Shown here in pieces: positions 20,328-29,672 of a DNA stretch of 64,000 nucleotides. Under the pieces are notes generated by a model that had not been told where the DNA came from, searched no databases, and saw only the letters and a list, made by a program, of their open reading frames with translations. Source of the stretch: an uncultured Bacilli bacterium (GTDB lineage: Bacteria > Bacillota_I > Bacilli_A > RF39 > UBA660); assembly GCA_944358695.1 (NCBI GenBank), contig CALVRM010000013.1, forward strand, positions 18,566 through 82,565. The letters run 5' to 3'. The stretch's first letter is position 1. Every line of letters begins with the position of its first letter. The position numbers were made by a program, and so were the translations under genes.

Positions 20328-20570
20328 AGCGATGACCGAGAAAAGTAAGCTATTTCGATGGTAAAAGCGAGTTAGAGTTGGTGGAAGTCTAACAATCTAG
20401 AATAGCTGAAAAGAACTCGTGAGTGATTATTGGAAATGTATAATTAAAGGCAAAGTATAATATTCCGGGTAGTTCCGTTATCGATTTGAGGTGGCCTATT
20501 AATAATGGGCAACTAGGGTGGTACCGCGAATTTTTCGTCTCTAGATTAAAATCTAGAGATTTTTTATTGA
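20328..20570 (+). promoter_or_regulatory. T-box riboswitch leader with an intrinsic terminator
   Basis: Canonical T-box sequence AACTAGGGTGGTACCGCG (20511-20528) directly before the terminator TCTCTAGAT-TAAA-ATCTAGAGA + TTTTTT (20538-20566). Stem-I-like GA motifs lie upstream (AGCGATGA...TGAGTGA). A candidate specifier AGA (Arg) lies in ...GAAAAGAACTCG. Confidence 0.7.
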
Positions 20571-20666
20571 ATAAAATGAGGTGATATGATGGAAATTTTA
20601 ATAAAAAAGGCCTTCCGGAGACAATTTTTAGGCAAAAAACAGAAATAGAAAAGGAAGGATTTAAAA

Positions 20667-21878
20667 ATGAAAAAATACAATAAAATTATTTTATCTTACT
20701 CAGGAGGCTTAGATACTTCCATTATGATACCATGGCTTAAGGAAAACTATGGAGGCTGTGAAGTTATTTGTGTAACAGGAAATGTTGGCCAAGGAGATTC
20801 AGAATTAATAGGATTAGAAGAAAAGGCTTTAAATTCAGGCGCTAGCAAACTTCACATTTTAGATTTAAAGGAAGAATTAGTTAATGACTATATTGTCCCA
20901 GCGATTAAAGCAGGCGCAATTTATGAAAAGGTATATTTACTTGGAACTACCTTCTCAAGACCATTACTGGCTAAAAAGTTAGTTGAGATTGCCGAACTTG
21001 AAGGAGCTGATGCGATATGTCACGGGTGCACTGGTAAAGGTAACGATCAAGTTCGCTTTGAACTTGGAATTAAAGCGTTTAATCCTGATATTGATATTAT
21101 TGCACCGTGGCGTATTTGGAATATTAAAAGCCGCACGCAAGCATTAGATTATGCTGAAGCCCATGGGATTAAATTAAATACAAGCCGTGAGGAAAGCTAT
21201 TCAAAAGATAAAAACCTATGGCATTTATCACATGAAGGTTTAGATTTAGAAGGTCCTAAAAACACACCAGATTATGAAAAAATTTTAGAAATGGGAGTTA
21301 CACCAGAGAAGGCTCCTGATGCCCCAACCTATATTACGCTTGGTTTTGAAAAAGGAATTCCATGTTTTTTAAACGGTAAGAAACTAACTCCACTGGAAAT
21401 AATTTATCAATTAAACGAAATCGGTGGCCAAAATGGCATTGGCATTGTCGATATGGTGGAAAACCGTTTAGTGGGAATGAAATCACGCGGGGTATATGAA
21501 ACTCCTGGGGGAAGTATTATTTATAAAGCTCATGATGTTTTAGAAACGCTTTGCTTGGATAAGGATACTTTTCGTTATAAACAAAGAATTGGCATCAAAT
21601 TTGCAGAATTATTATATGAAGCTAAATGGTATAGTCCATTGCGGTTGGCACTGCAAGCATTTATCGATACTGCTTCAGAACATGTTACTGGCGAAGTTAA
21701 ACTAAAATTATATAAAGGAAACATTATCGTTCAAAGTATAATCAGTCCAACTTCGTTATATTCTGAAAAAACAGCATCGTTTGATGAGGATGAAGATTAC
21801 AATCAAGCTGATGCAGGAGGATTTATCAATTTATATGGCTTAAGTATGCAAAATGGTATTGGAAATTATTTAGACTAA
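20667..21878 (+). CDS. argG: Argininosuccinate synthase
   Basis: [11 protein letters not shown], ...[14 protein letters not shown]. Confidence 0.95.
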   Translation: MKKYNKIILSYSGGLDTSIMIPWLKENYGGCEVICVTGNVGQGDSELIGLEEKALNSGASKLHILDLKEELVNDYIVPAIKAGAIYEKVYLLGTTFSRPLLAKKLVEIAELEGADAICHGCTGKGNDQVRFELGIKAFNPDIDIIAPWRIWNIKSRTQALDYAEAHGIKLNTSREESYSKDKNLWHLSHEGLDLEGPKNTPDYEKILEMGVTPEKAPDAPTYITLGFEKGIPCFLNGKKLTPLEIIYQLNEIGGQNGIGIVDMVENRLVGMKSRGVYETPGGSIIYKAHDVLETLCLDKDTFRYKQRIGIKFAELLYEAKWYSPLRLALQAFIDTASEHVTGEVKLKLYKGNIIVQSIISPTSLYSEKTASFDEDEDYNQADAGGFINLYGLSMQNGIGNYLD

Positions 21879-21900
21879 ATAAAAAAGAGGAGGGATATTT

Positions 21901-23277
21901 ATGGCACTATGGGCCGGAAGATTTAAAAAAGAATTAGATAGTAAAACTAATGATTTTAATTCATCAATTAGTTTCGACAAAAGAATGTACAAACAAGATA
22001 TTGAAGGAAGCATTGCACATGCTACAATGCTTGGAAAACAAGGCATTATTGAAATTTCTGAAAGTGAAAAAATTATTAAGACGTTAAAGGAAATTTTAAA
22101 TGATTTAGAAAATGGTCAATTACAGTTTGATATGGAAGCTGAAGATATTCATATGTTTATCGAAAGTGAGCTTACAAACAGAATTGGTTCTACTGGCAAA
22201 AGATTACATACTGCACGCAGTCGTAATGATCAGGTAGCACTAGATATTAGATTATATTTACGCGAGGAAGGCAATAATATAATTGATTTACTTAAAGAGT
22301 TAACAGCAGTAATTATTAAAAAAGCGGAAATGCATACCGAAACTATTTTACCAAGTTATACGCATTTACAAAGAGCGCAACCGACCACATTCGCCCATCA
22401 TTTAATGGCATATGCCGAAATGTTTATGCGTGATATTGATAGAATGCAAGATGTGATTAAAAGAATGAACATTAATCCTCTAGGTAGTTGTGCTTTAGCT
22501 GGAACAACTCACAATATTGATCGTTATCTTACAAGTGAATTATTAGGTTTTGACGGGCCATGTAATAACAGTTTAGATGGCGTTTCAGACCGTGACTTTG
22601 CCATTGAAATGGCTTCGGCTTTATCTATTATTATGGTTCATATGTCAAGATTCAGTGAAGAGATCGTTATGTGGTGTAGCTGGGAATTTAAATTTATTGA
22701 ATTAGATGATGCATTTGCCACTGGTTCATCAATTATGCCGCAAAAGAAAAATCCTGATATTACTGAATTAATTAGAGGTAAATCCGGCAGAGTATTCGGT
22801 CATTTAATGGGATTACTCACAATGATGAAAGCACAAGCTTTAGCCTATAACAAAGATATGCAAGAAGATAAAGAAGCTATTTTTGACAGCATTGATAATG
22901 TTAAAATGTGTATTTATACTTTTATTCCAATGCTAGAGACTATGAAAGTTTTAACTAAAAATATGGAAAATGCGGCTAAAAAAGGCTTTATCAACGCAAC
23001 TGATTGTGCGGATTACTTAGTTAAAAAAGGACTTCCTTTTAGGGAAGCTTATAAAATTACAGGAACAATTGTAGCTTATGCAATTGATAATGATAAAACT
23101 TTGGATATGATAAGTCTAGAGGAATATAAACAATATTCAGATTTATTTAGCGAAGATATTTTTGAGGCCATTAATTTAATTAATTGTGTGAAATTGCGCA
23201 CTTCTTTTGGGGGACCAGCTCCAGAAGTTGTTACTAAACATATTGAACTAATTAAAGAAAAACTAAATAATATATAA
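21901..23277 (+). CDS. argH: Argininosuccinate lyase
   Basis: MALWAGRF..., SIMPQKKNPD fumarate-lyase signature. Confidence 0.95.
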   Translation: MALWAGRFKKELDSKTNDFNSSISFDKRMYKQDIEGSIAHATMLGKQGIIEISESEKIIKTLKEILNDLENGQLQFDMEAEDIHMFIESELTNRIGSTGKRLHTARSRNDQVALDIRLYLREEGNNIIDLLKELTAVIIKKAEMHTETILPSYTHLQRAQPTTFAHHLMAYAEMFMRDIDRMQDVIKRMNINPLGSCALAGTTHNIDRYLTSELLGFDGPCNNSLDGVSDRDFAIEMASALSIIMVHMSRFSEEIVMWCSWEFKFIELDDAFATGSSIMPQKKNPDITELIRGKSGRVFGHLMGLLTMMKAQALAYNKDMQEDKEAIFDSIDNVKMCIYTFIPMLETMKVLTKNMENAAKKGFINATDCADYLVKKGLPFREAYKITGTIVAYAIDNDKTLDMISLEEYKQYSDLFSEDIFEAINLINCVKLRTSFGGPAPEVVTKHIELIKEKLNNI

Positions 23278-23305
23278 AAACTCCAATTTAACGGAGTTTT
23301 TATGA
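23278..23305 (+). terminator. Rho-independent terminator after argH
   Basis: AACTCC-AATTTAAC-GGAGTT followed by TTTTAT. Confidence 0.6.
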
Positions 23306-23356
23306 CTTTGTTTTAAATATTAATAAATTTTTTCTTAAAAATAATATTTAAAAACA

Positions 23357-23587
23357 TTAGAGTTCTCTTGACATTTTCTCTAATGTTATAATTTCATTTT
23401 TATCATTGATAAACTGAATTTGGAAATCACAAATTTTTAAGATTTCTATTATCGTTTTAAAATCGGGTTGACTATTTCCACGTTCATAGCTTGAAATAGT
23501 ATTATCGGCAAGAGACAGTAAATCGCCTAATTGCTTTTGAGATAAGCCTTTACTAAGTCTTGCATTTTTTATTATTGTTCCCACCAT
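23357..23587 (-). CDS. XRE-family HTH transcriptional regulator
   Basis: LSKGLSQKQLGDLLSLADNTISSYERG. Confidence 0.8.
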   Translation of the reverse strand: MVGTIIKNARLSKGLSQKQLGDLLSLADNTISSYERGNSQPDFKTIIEILKICDFQIQFINDKNEIITLEKMSREL

Positions 23588-23640
23588 ATACTCACCTTCT
23601 TATATGATATTATGGCAAAATATTTTTACTTTATCATAAA

Positions 23641-23657
23641 ATTGCAAGAAACTTGCA
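23641..23657. promoter_or_regulatory. Palindromic candidate operator TTGCAAGAAACTTGCAA
   Basis: Perfect 7-bp inverted repeat with a 3-bp spacer in the divergent intergenic region between the XRE gene and the small + strand ORF. Confidence 0.4.
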
Positions 23658-23724
23658 ATGATATTTTCCGGTTGTTATAATAAGAAAAGCACAGCAGAAA
23701 CTGTGCTTAGAGAGGAGGATTTTA

Positions 23725-23964
23725 ATGATTTACAATTTGGGACTTTTTAAATTTAGTTGTAAATACCTTTTTCTATTCCTTACTGCACCAATAATTGATT
23801 GTGTGAAATTAGTTATGGATTATATGGATATAGAAAATATAATAATGCCTTATTCGGGAATTCCTTTTCATTTTCAACTAGCAATAGTAACCACAATAAT
23901 ACTTTTTATAATGTGGTGTTATATCATCGATAAAGCATTTAATAAAATTAATGTTTGCGATTAG
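23725..23964 (+). CDS. Hypothetical small membrane protein
   Basis: 79 aa with two hydrophobic segments and a strong RBS AGAGAGGAGG. It is divergent from an XRE regulator. Confidence 0.45.
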   Translation: MIYNLGLFKFSCKYLFLFLTAPIIDCVKLVMDYMDIENIIMPYSGIPFHFQLAIVTTIILFIMWCYIIDKAFNKINVCD

Positions 23965-24169
23965 CTCTTACGATAATATCTAAATCAAATTTTTCAATTA
24001 TTTTCTCTATTTTATCACTATTGAAATTAGTTTTTCCACTTTCATAATTTTGAATTGTTCTCTCAGTAACTTTTAAAAATTCGGCTAATTCCCTTTGCGT
24101 CAAGCCGGTAGCTTCGCGTAAAAATCTCATGAAATTAGCTTTGCCATAACGACGCCAGCTTATCTGCAT
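23948..24169 (-). CDS. XRE-family HTH transcriptional regulator
   Basis: LREATGLTQRELAEFLKVTERTIQNYESG. Confidence 0.8.
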   Translation of the reverse strand: MQISWRRYGKANFMRFLREATGLTQRELAEFLKVTERTIQNYESGKTNFNSDKIEKIIEKFDLDIIVRANRKH

Positions 24170-24548
24170 ATAACTACCTCCGCTCTTATAATATAGTATA
24201 TTAGATTTTTTAACTATTTCAGTGAAACACGAAACACATTTTCGGGTAGTTTTATTAAAAATTATAAAATTAGTTGATACCCACTTCTACTATCGCTTTA
24301 TTGGGATGAACTAACAATATCTACTATATATTAAAATTTTCATGGAAAGTTTATTAACATGGCTTTTTTAACTATCTAATGAAAGTTTGATTATTATTTA
24401 TTTTAAATATTTTATGCATATTATATTTTAACATACTAAAGCCCTTGGAATCCAAGGGCTTTTATAGATATCGATATGTTAATTATTTATTAAAATACCT
24501 TTATAAATTATAAAATATACGTGTTATAATATTTGGAAAGGAGATGAT

Positions 24549-25496
24549 TTGAATTTTATGGTAATAAACGTAGGAGCAAGAACTGATATCGTAAATTATT
24601 ATAGTGAATGGTTAATAAATAGAATAAAAGACGGATATGCTTACTCAAGAAATCCTCTTTTTCCAAACAATGTTTCTAGAATCAGTTTAAAACCCGAAGA
24701 TGTAGACTGTTTAATGTTTTGTTCAAAAAATTACAAACCGATGTTAAAATATATGCAGGAAATAAATAATAAATATAAAATAATATGTTACTATACTATC
24801 ACTGCATATGGAAAAGATGTTGAACCTTACGTGCCGAGTATTGAAGATTCAATAGATACGTTAATTAAACTTTCAAAAATAGTCGGAAAAGAAAAAGTTT
24901 TATGGCGATATGACCCAATTCTTTTAACTGAAAAATACACGATAGAGTACCACCTAAAAACGTTTGCATATATGGCTAAAAAAATTAGTCCTTATGTTCA
25001 AAGATGTATTTTTAGTTTTGTTGAAATCTATAAAAAGTTAGATTATAATATGCCAGAAATTATTCCTTTTACTACTGAAGATAAAATTACAATAGTAAAA
25101 AAACTAGGGAAAATTGCGAAAGATAACAATTTATATATTCAAACTTGTGGTACAGATGAAAATTATGAAAAATATAACGTACATTTATCTGGTTGTACAA
25201 CAACCAAAATTTTAGAACAGGCTAATAATGTAAAATATAAAAATATTAAAGCTAATGGGATGAGAAAAGGGTGCCATTGCATACCTAGCCGTGATATTGG
25301 TGCATATGATACATGCTTAAGTGGTTGTAAATATTGTTATGCTAATAAAAGGCCTAACATTGCAAGGGAAAACTATAAATTTCACGATAAAAAATCACCC
25401 ATACTAATTGGTCATATTAAAGAAAACGATAAAATCACAAGTACGAAACCAACAAAATTAATAATAAGGGAAAATCAACAGATCAGTTTTTTATAA
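24549..25496 (+). CDS. DUF1848-family protein with a C-terminal Cys cluster
   Basis: 315 aa; the C-terminal GCHCIPSRDIGAYDTCLSGCKYCYA is typical of DUF1848. The start codon is uncertain (TTG at 24549 or ATG at 24558). Confidence 0.6.
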   Translation: MNFMVINVGARTDIVNYYSEWLINRIKDGYAYSRNPLFPNNVSRISLKPEDVDCLMFCSKNYKPMLKYMQEINNKYKIICYYTITAYGKDVEPYVPSIEDSIDTLIKLSKIVGKEKVLWRYDPILLTEKYTIEYHLKTFAYMAKKISPYVQRCIFSFVEIYKKLDYNMPEIIPFTTEDKITIVKKLGKIAKDNNLYIQTCGTDENYEKYNVHLSGCTTTKILEQANNVKYKNIKANGMRKGCHCIPSRDIGAYDTCLSGCKYCYANKRPNIARENYKFHDKKSPILIGHIKENDKITSTKPTKLIIRENQQISFL

Positions 25497-25509
25497 AGGA
25501 GGGATTAAA

Positions 25510-26349
25510 ATGATAGTAAATGAAAAGGAAGTAAAAGAATACTTGACTAAATCAAAAATAGGAGAATACGCTATCAACCCCTATATTGGTTGCCCACATA
25601 AATGTAAGTATTGTTATGCTTCATTTATGAAAAGGTTTACAAATCATTCGGAAGAATGGGGAGAATTTATCGATATAAAAAAAACCACCAATAAAATAAA
25701 TCTTGAACGAATAAAAGGGAAAAATGTATTTATGGCAACAGTTACAGATTGTTATAATCCTTATGAAGCTAAATATAAAATTACCAGACATATATTAGAA
25801 CAATTAGTAAATTGTGACTGTCGCTTACAAATTTCTACTAAAAGTAAACTGATTCTTCGTGATTTAGACTTATTAAAAAAAATGAAAAATGTTAGTGTAG
25901 CAATATCTATAAATACGCTAGATGAGACCTTTAAAAATGACATGGACCGTGCCAGTTCAATAAAGGAAAGACTTAACACTTTAAAAATATTACATGATAA
26001 TGGAATTTATACTATTTTATTTATGTCACCAATATTTATCGGAATAACTGATTGGAAAAAAATTATAGAGGTTTCAAAAAGCTATGTTAATGAATATTGG
26101 TTTGAAGACTTAAATTTAAGAGGGGCTTATAAATATGATATTTTAAAATATATAGAAACTAAATACCCTAAACTATATTTTTTATATGAGGAAATTTATA
26201 TTAAAAGAAATAAAAATAAATTGTTTAAAATGGATAGTGAAATAAAAAATTATTGTGATGACAATAAAATTAATTACTCAGACTATTTCCATCACGAGGA
26301 AGTAATCAATAAGAAAGAAAACAAAATATTGGGAAAAAATAACGCCTAA
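25510..26349 (+). CDS. SPL-family (spore-photoproduct-lyase-like, COG1533) radical SAM protein
   Basis: N-terminal NPYIGCPHKCKYCYA (CxxxCxxC) characteristic of SplB-like radical-SAM DNA repair enzymes. It lies 13 nt downstream of the DUF1848 gene. Confidence 0.7.
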   Translation: MIVNEKEVKEYLTKSKIGEYAINPYIGCPHKCKYCYASFMKRFTNHSEEWGEFIDIKKTTNKINLERIKGKNVFMATVTDCYNPYEAKYKITRHILEQLVNCDCRLQISTKSKLILRDLDLLKKMKNVSVAISINTLDETFKNDMDRASSIKERLNTLKILHDNGIYTILFMSPIFIGITDWKKIIEVSKSYVNEYWFEDLNLRGAYKYDILKYIETKYPKLYFLYEEIYIKRNKNKLFKMDSEIKNYCDDNKINYSDYFHHEEVINKKENKILGKNNA

Positions 26350-26411
26350 ACTTTTGTTTTTTTATTTATTGGGAATGAGATTAAAAATATTATCAAGATA
26401 TTCGGTTACTT

Positions 26412-26522
26412 CTAATTAAATTGATTAATTTCAAAAAGTTCTTTAATTACTTCTCCTTTAATGTTTAAAATAGTTATTGTACCTTTACCTTTTGAAATAT
26501 CAATTCCAACTACATACTTCAT
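26412..26522 (-). pseudogene. IS110-family transposase N-terminal fragment (36 codons)
   Basis: MKYVVGIDISKGKGTITILNIKGEVIKELFEINQFN matches the IS110 N-terminus (MKYVVGIDVSK...). The remainder of the gene is absent. Confidence 0.55.
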
Positions 26523-26787
26523 AATTTTCTCCTTAAGTAGTAATGATCGGACCTAACTTTTTTACAAATTCTCATTTTGGCTCTTTATACGAGTAATAAA
26601 CTCAATTTGCTTAATCAAATATGTAATGTAGAGGTTAATTAACACTTTATCCCGACTATAAAGCTCCAATAGTAATACGTTAACCACTCCGTTTGCATCA
26701 TAGTAAAAAAGCCTGTAATTATCAATCCGATACCTGGTATAATAATTACAGGTTTATAATACCAATTCGTAATTTATCACTACGGCA

Positions 26788-27345
26788 CTATTTATAAAAT
26801 TCACATTCTAACTCGTGGTCGTTTATTATACCAATAGCTTGTAAATATGAATATATGATAATTGAGCCTACAAATTTCATTCCTCTCTTTTTTAAATCAT
26901 TTGAAACTTTATCTGATAATTCAGAAGTAATTTTAAAATTATCATCTACATTTTTTATAATTTTATTATTTGAAAAAGCCCAAATATAATTTGAAAAACT
27001 TCCAAACTCTTTTTGTATTTTAATAAATACTTTTGCATTATTTATCGCAGCTTCTATTTTCAATTTGTTTTTTATAATTTCGTTATTATTGCAAAGTTTT
27101 TCTATTTTCTTTTCATCATATTTACTTATTTTATCATAGTCAAAATTATCAAATGCCTTTTTTAATGCCGTTCTTTTATTTAAAATGCATTCCCAGGATA
27201 AACCTGCTTGAAAAGTCTCTAATACTAAAAACTCAAACAAATACTCATCATCATAATGTGGAACTCCCCATTCATTATCATGATATTTAATATATAGTGG
27301 GTTTTTTAAATTAACCCATTTACATCTTGTTTTTTCTTCTTTCAT
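26788..27345 (-). CDS. tag: DNA-3-methyladenine glycosylase I
   Basis: RCKWVNLKNPLYIKYHDNEWGVPHYDD...FQAGLSW. Confidence 0.85.
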   Translation of the reverse strand: MKEEKTRCKWVNLKNPLYIKYHDNEWGVPHYDDEYLFEFLVLETFQAGLSWECILNKRTALKKAFDNFDYDKISKYDEKKIEKLCNNNEIIKNKLKIEAAINNAKVFIKIQKEFGSFSNYIWAFSNNKIIKNVDDNFKITSELSDKVSNDLKKRGMKFVGSIIIYSYLQAIGIINDHELECEFYK

Positions 27346-27890
27346 TATAAAGCTGTTCCTTTCTTTGGCACAGAATATTTACTTATATCTACACCTTCTA
27401 ATTCAAGAAGTTTTAATTTGTTATCTATTCCCCCTCCATATCCAGTTAGACTTCCATTTGTTCCAACAACCCTATGACAAGGTATAATAATACAAATTGG
27501 ATTCCAGCCAACAGCACCACCAACTGCTTGTGCCGACATTTGTTTTATTCCTCTTTTTTTGGCTATTGCTTTTGCTATATCATTATAGGTAACTGTTTGT
27601 CCATAGGGGATTTTTAACATTTCATCGATTATATCTTGTCTAAATAGTGTTATATCATCTCTTTTATATTTTGGAATAAATCCTGGTTCTCTGCCTTGAA
27701 AATATATATCCAGCCATCTTATTGTTTCATCAAATATAGGTAAATCCTTTTCTTCGCATTCTTTAATATATCTCATATAGTCTTTTCCAGTTTCAAAGCA
27801 TACTGCTGTTAAATTTTCTCCATCCGAATTTAAAATGATTACTCCGAGTGGAGATTTATATTTTTTACTATAAATCATTATTACCTCCAT
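27345..27890 (-). CDS. ogt: Methylated-DNA--protein-cysteine methyltransferase (Ogt/MGMT), copy 1
   Basis: IIIPCHRVVGTNGSLTGYGGGI active-site PCHRV. The N-domain precedes it. Confidence 0.85.
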   Translation of the reverse strand: MEVIMIYSKKYKSPLGVIILNSDGENLTAVCFETGKDYMRYIKECEEKDLPIFDETIRWLDIYFQGREPGFIPKYKRDDITLFRQDIIDEMLKIPYGQTVTYNDIAKAIAKKRGIKQMSAQAVGGAVGWNPICIIIPCHRVVGTNGSLTGYGGGIDNKLKLLELEGVDISKYSVPKKGTAL

Positions 27891-27927
27891 TTATTACTAA
27901 TTCAAGTATTAGCTAAAATCATATTTA

Positions 27928-28467
27928 TTATATGGCTGTTCCTTTTGTTGGTACAAATAAATTACTCATATCTACTTTTTCATGTTCTAATAAATATTGT
28001 TTTCTTTTTATTCCTCCTGCATAACCTGTTAAACTTCCATTACTTCCTACAACTCTATGACATGGAATAATAATAGAAATTGGGTTATGTCCTACTGCAC
28101 CACCAACTGCCTGTGCCGACATTTGCTTTATTCCTTTTTCTTTGGCTATTTGTTTTGCTATATCATTGTAAGTTATTACTTTACCATAAGGAATACTCAT
28201 TAGTATTTCCCAAACGCTCTTTCTAAAATTACTTCCAATAAGCTCTATTTCTAATTCAGCTATTTTCGGCTTTTCTCCACCAAAATATCTATCTAGCCAT
28301 TTTTTTGTTTTATTTAGGATTTTATTATTATCTACCTCTTGTAATTCTTCTTTAAAACTTGATAAATAATATTTTTGATTTTCTATCCATAAACCAATTA
28401 ACTTATCATTCTTTGAAGCTAGTAAAATATCTCCAATTGGTGAATTATAGTGGGTTATATATATCAT
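27928..28467 (-). CDS. ogt: Methylated-DNA--protein-cysteine methyltransferase (Ogt/MGMT), copy 2
   Basis: IIIPCHRVVGSNGSLTGYAGGI; a paralog of the upstream copy. Confidence 0.85.
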   Translation of the reverse strand: MIYITHYNSPIGDILLASKNDKLIGLWIENQKYYLSSFKEELQEVDNNKILNKTKKWLDRYFGGEKPKIAELEIELIGSNFRKSVWEILMSIPYGKVITYNDIAKQIAKEKGIKQMSAQAVGGAVGHNPISIIIPCHRVVGSNGSLTGYAGGIKRKQYLLEHEKVDMSNLFVPTKGTAI

Positions 28468-28592
28468 TTATTCACATCCTACTCTATCTTGAAATAATCG
28501 TTTAAATCCTTTGAGGCGTTTTCTCTATCGTTCATTTTATATTGTCTAAATGCTTTTACTACTGTTATTTTATAGGGAGCAAAATCATTATC

Positions 28593-28880
28593 TCAACCAG
28601 CCTTTTGACTTAACCTATGCGCTTCTAAATTTCTCCATTCTTCTATATTTTCTTCATTTTCATGTTTAACAATAATTCTTCCTATATTCCAATATACATA
28701 GGTTATTGATTTGTTAATTTCTTTTGCTAAATTTGTTTTTGCTTCATTTACTATGTCACTAATTTCTAAAACCATAGATTTTTTTTCTAACATATCTAGC
28801 GCCTTTCTGAATTCTTCAGACGCGTCTGAAGAATTGTAAAACTTTAATATTATTTTACCATATAATTTGTTAATAATCAT
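28593..28880 (-). pseudogene. DUF1016 (YhcG-like PDDEXK nuclease family) N-terminal fragment
   Basis: 95 aa containing ...ITYVYWNIGRIIV..., the conserved DUF1016 N-terminal block. It is truncated, with about 350 aa expected. Confidence 0.45.
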
Positions 28881-29159
28881 ATGTTATTTATATTTCTAAA
28901 TCAAAATCATCTTTGATATCTGCAATGGTTGTATCACTAAATATTCCATGCTCATATAAATCTTTGGAAAACCTCCAGTAATCTTTGCGTTCTTTCTCTT
29001 TTCCAAAAATTTTGTGTTTGATAAAATTAACCAATCTATTAAACTAATCTTTAAAATGACTAACTAAATTTTCAACACGATTATTTTCTTTTTTTAACTT
29101 TTTAATCTCTTTTTTAAAGCTTTTTCCATATCAATTTCTTGTTTGATTATATTAATCAT
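28881..29159 (-). pseudogene. Degenerate IS remnant (IS3 OrfA-like leucine-zipper fragments in broken frames)
   Basis: Minus-strand fragments MINIIKQEIDMEKALKKRLK / KKLKKENNRVENLVSHFKD / ...RFSKDLYEHGIF are interrupted by stops. Confidence 0.3.
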
Positions 29160-29265
29160 AAGCACCAACCTTTCTTCTAAGTTGATTTTCTCATAAAACG
29201 AAAAATCAATCATTTCTGATTGATTCCTATATCAAAAGTTCGAATAGTTCGAACAGATTTCCCAA

Positions 29266-29630
29266 TGGTGGAGCCGAGGAGAATCGAACTCCTGTCCAAA
29301 TATATTTCAAAGAAAATCTCTACAAGCTTAGTTAGTTAATTAATGTCCTAATAAATGCAGTAACTAACAACTAATTTATTAGTAAGCCTATAAATTTCAT
29401 TACTGACTTTAGGCCAGACAGTAATATATCCCATTAGATTTGAGCCCTTGAAAATTCTCATGGGAAAAGAATAAACAAGAGCAGCTTCGCTTTTTCTTAG
29501 GCGAAAGCTAAATTGGCGCTACCAAAAGCACCTTTTTCAGATTTTCCAGTTATATTTAACTGTGCATTTAACGAGTGCCCTCGACTTGCAATTTTAATCT
29601 CCATATATCTGTCGAAACCAAAGCGGCCCC
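29266..29630 (-). ncRNA. ssrA: tmRNA (SsrA); coordinates ±2 nt
   Basis: Minus-strand 5' end GGGGCCGCUUUGGUUUCGACAG... and 3' end ...GGACAGGAGUUCGAUUCUCCUCGGCUCCACCA (tRNA-like acceptor and T-arm). The internal tag ORF appears to read ...GAFGSANLAFA-stop. It lies directly downstream of smpB. Confidence 0.9.
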
Positions 29631-29672
29631 ATGTAAGAGATATTATAACACTTTATCTCATATGTGTAAAGT

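Larger units (their letters stand above)
23306..29265. mobile_element. Decayed genomic island or integrative-element remnant inserted 3' of ssrA (tmRNA), carrying DNA-repair genes
   Basis: Bounded by the argH terminator and the tmRNA 3' end. It contains two XRE regulator pairs, an IS110 N-terminal fragment, a DUF1016 fragment, an IS3-OrfA-like remnant and no housekeeping genes. tmRNA 3' ends are classic island integration sites. Confidence 0.45.

Noticed and set aside
8665-24296. Shared 12-mer TTGATACCCACT at 8665 and 24276
   Set aside because: A single short exact match between two intergenic regions has no extended similarity on either side, so it is compatible with chance.
24436-24465. 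Hairpin AAGCCCTTGG-AAT-CCAAGGGCTT in the 380-nt gap upstream of the DUF1848 gene
   Set aside because: It is too far from any upstream same-strand gene to be an obvious terminator, and the T-run is weak on both strands. It is noted as possible bidirectional terminator or insulator but not called.
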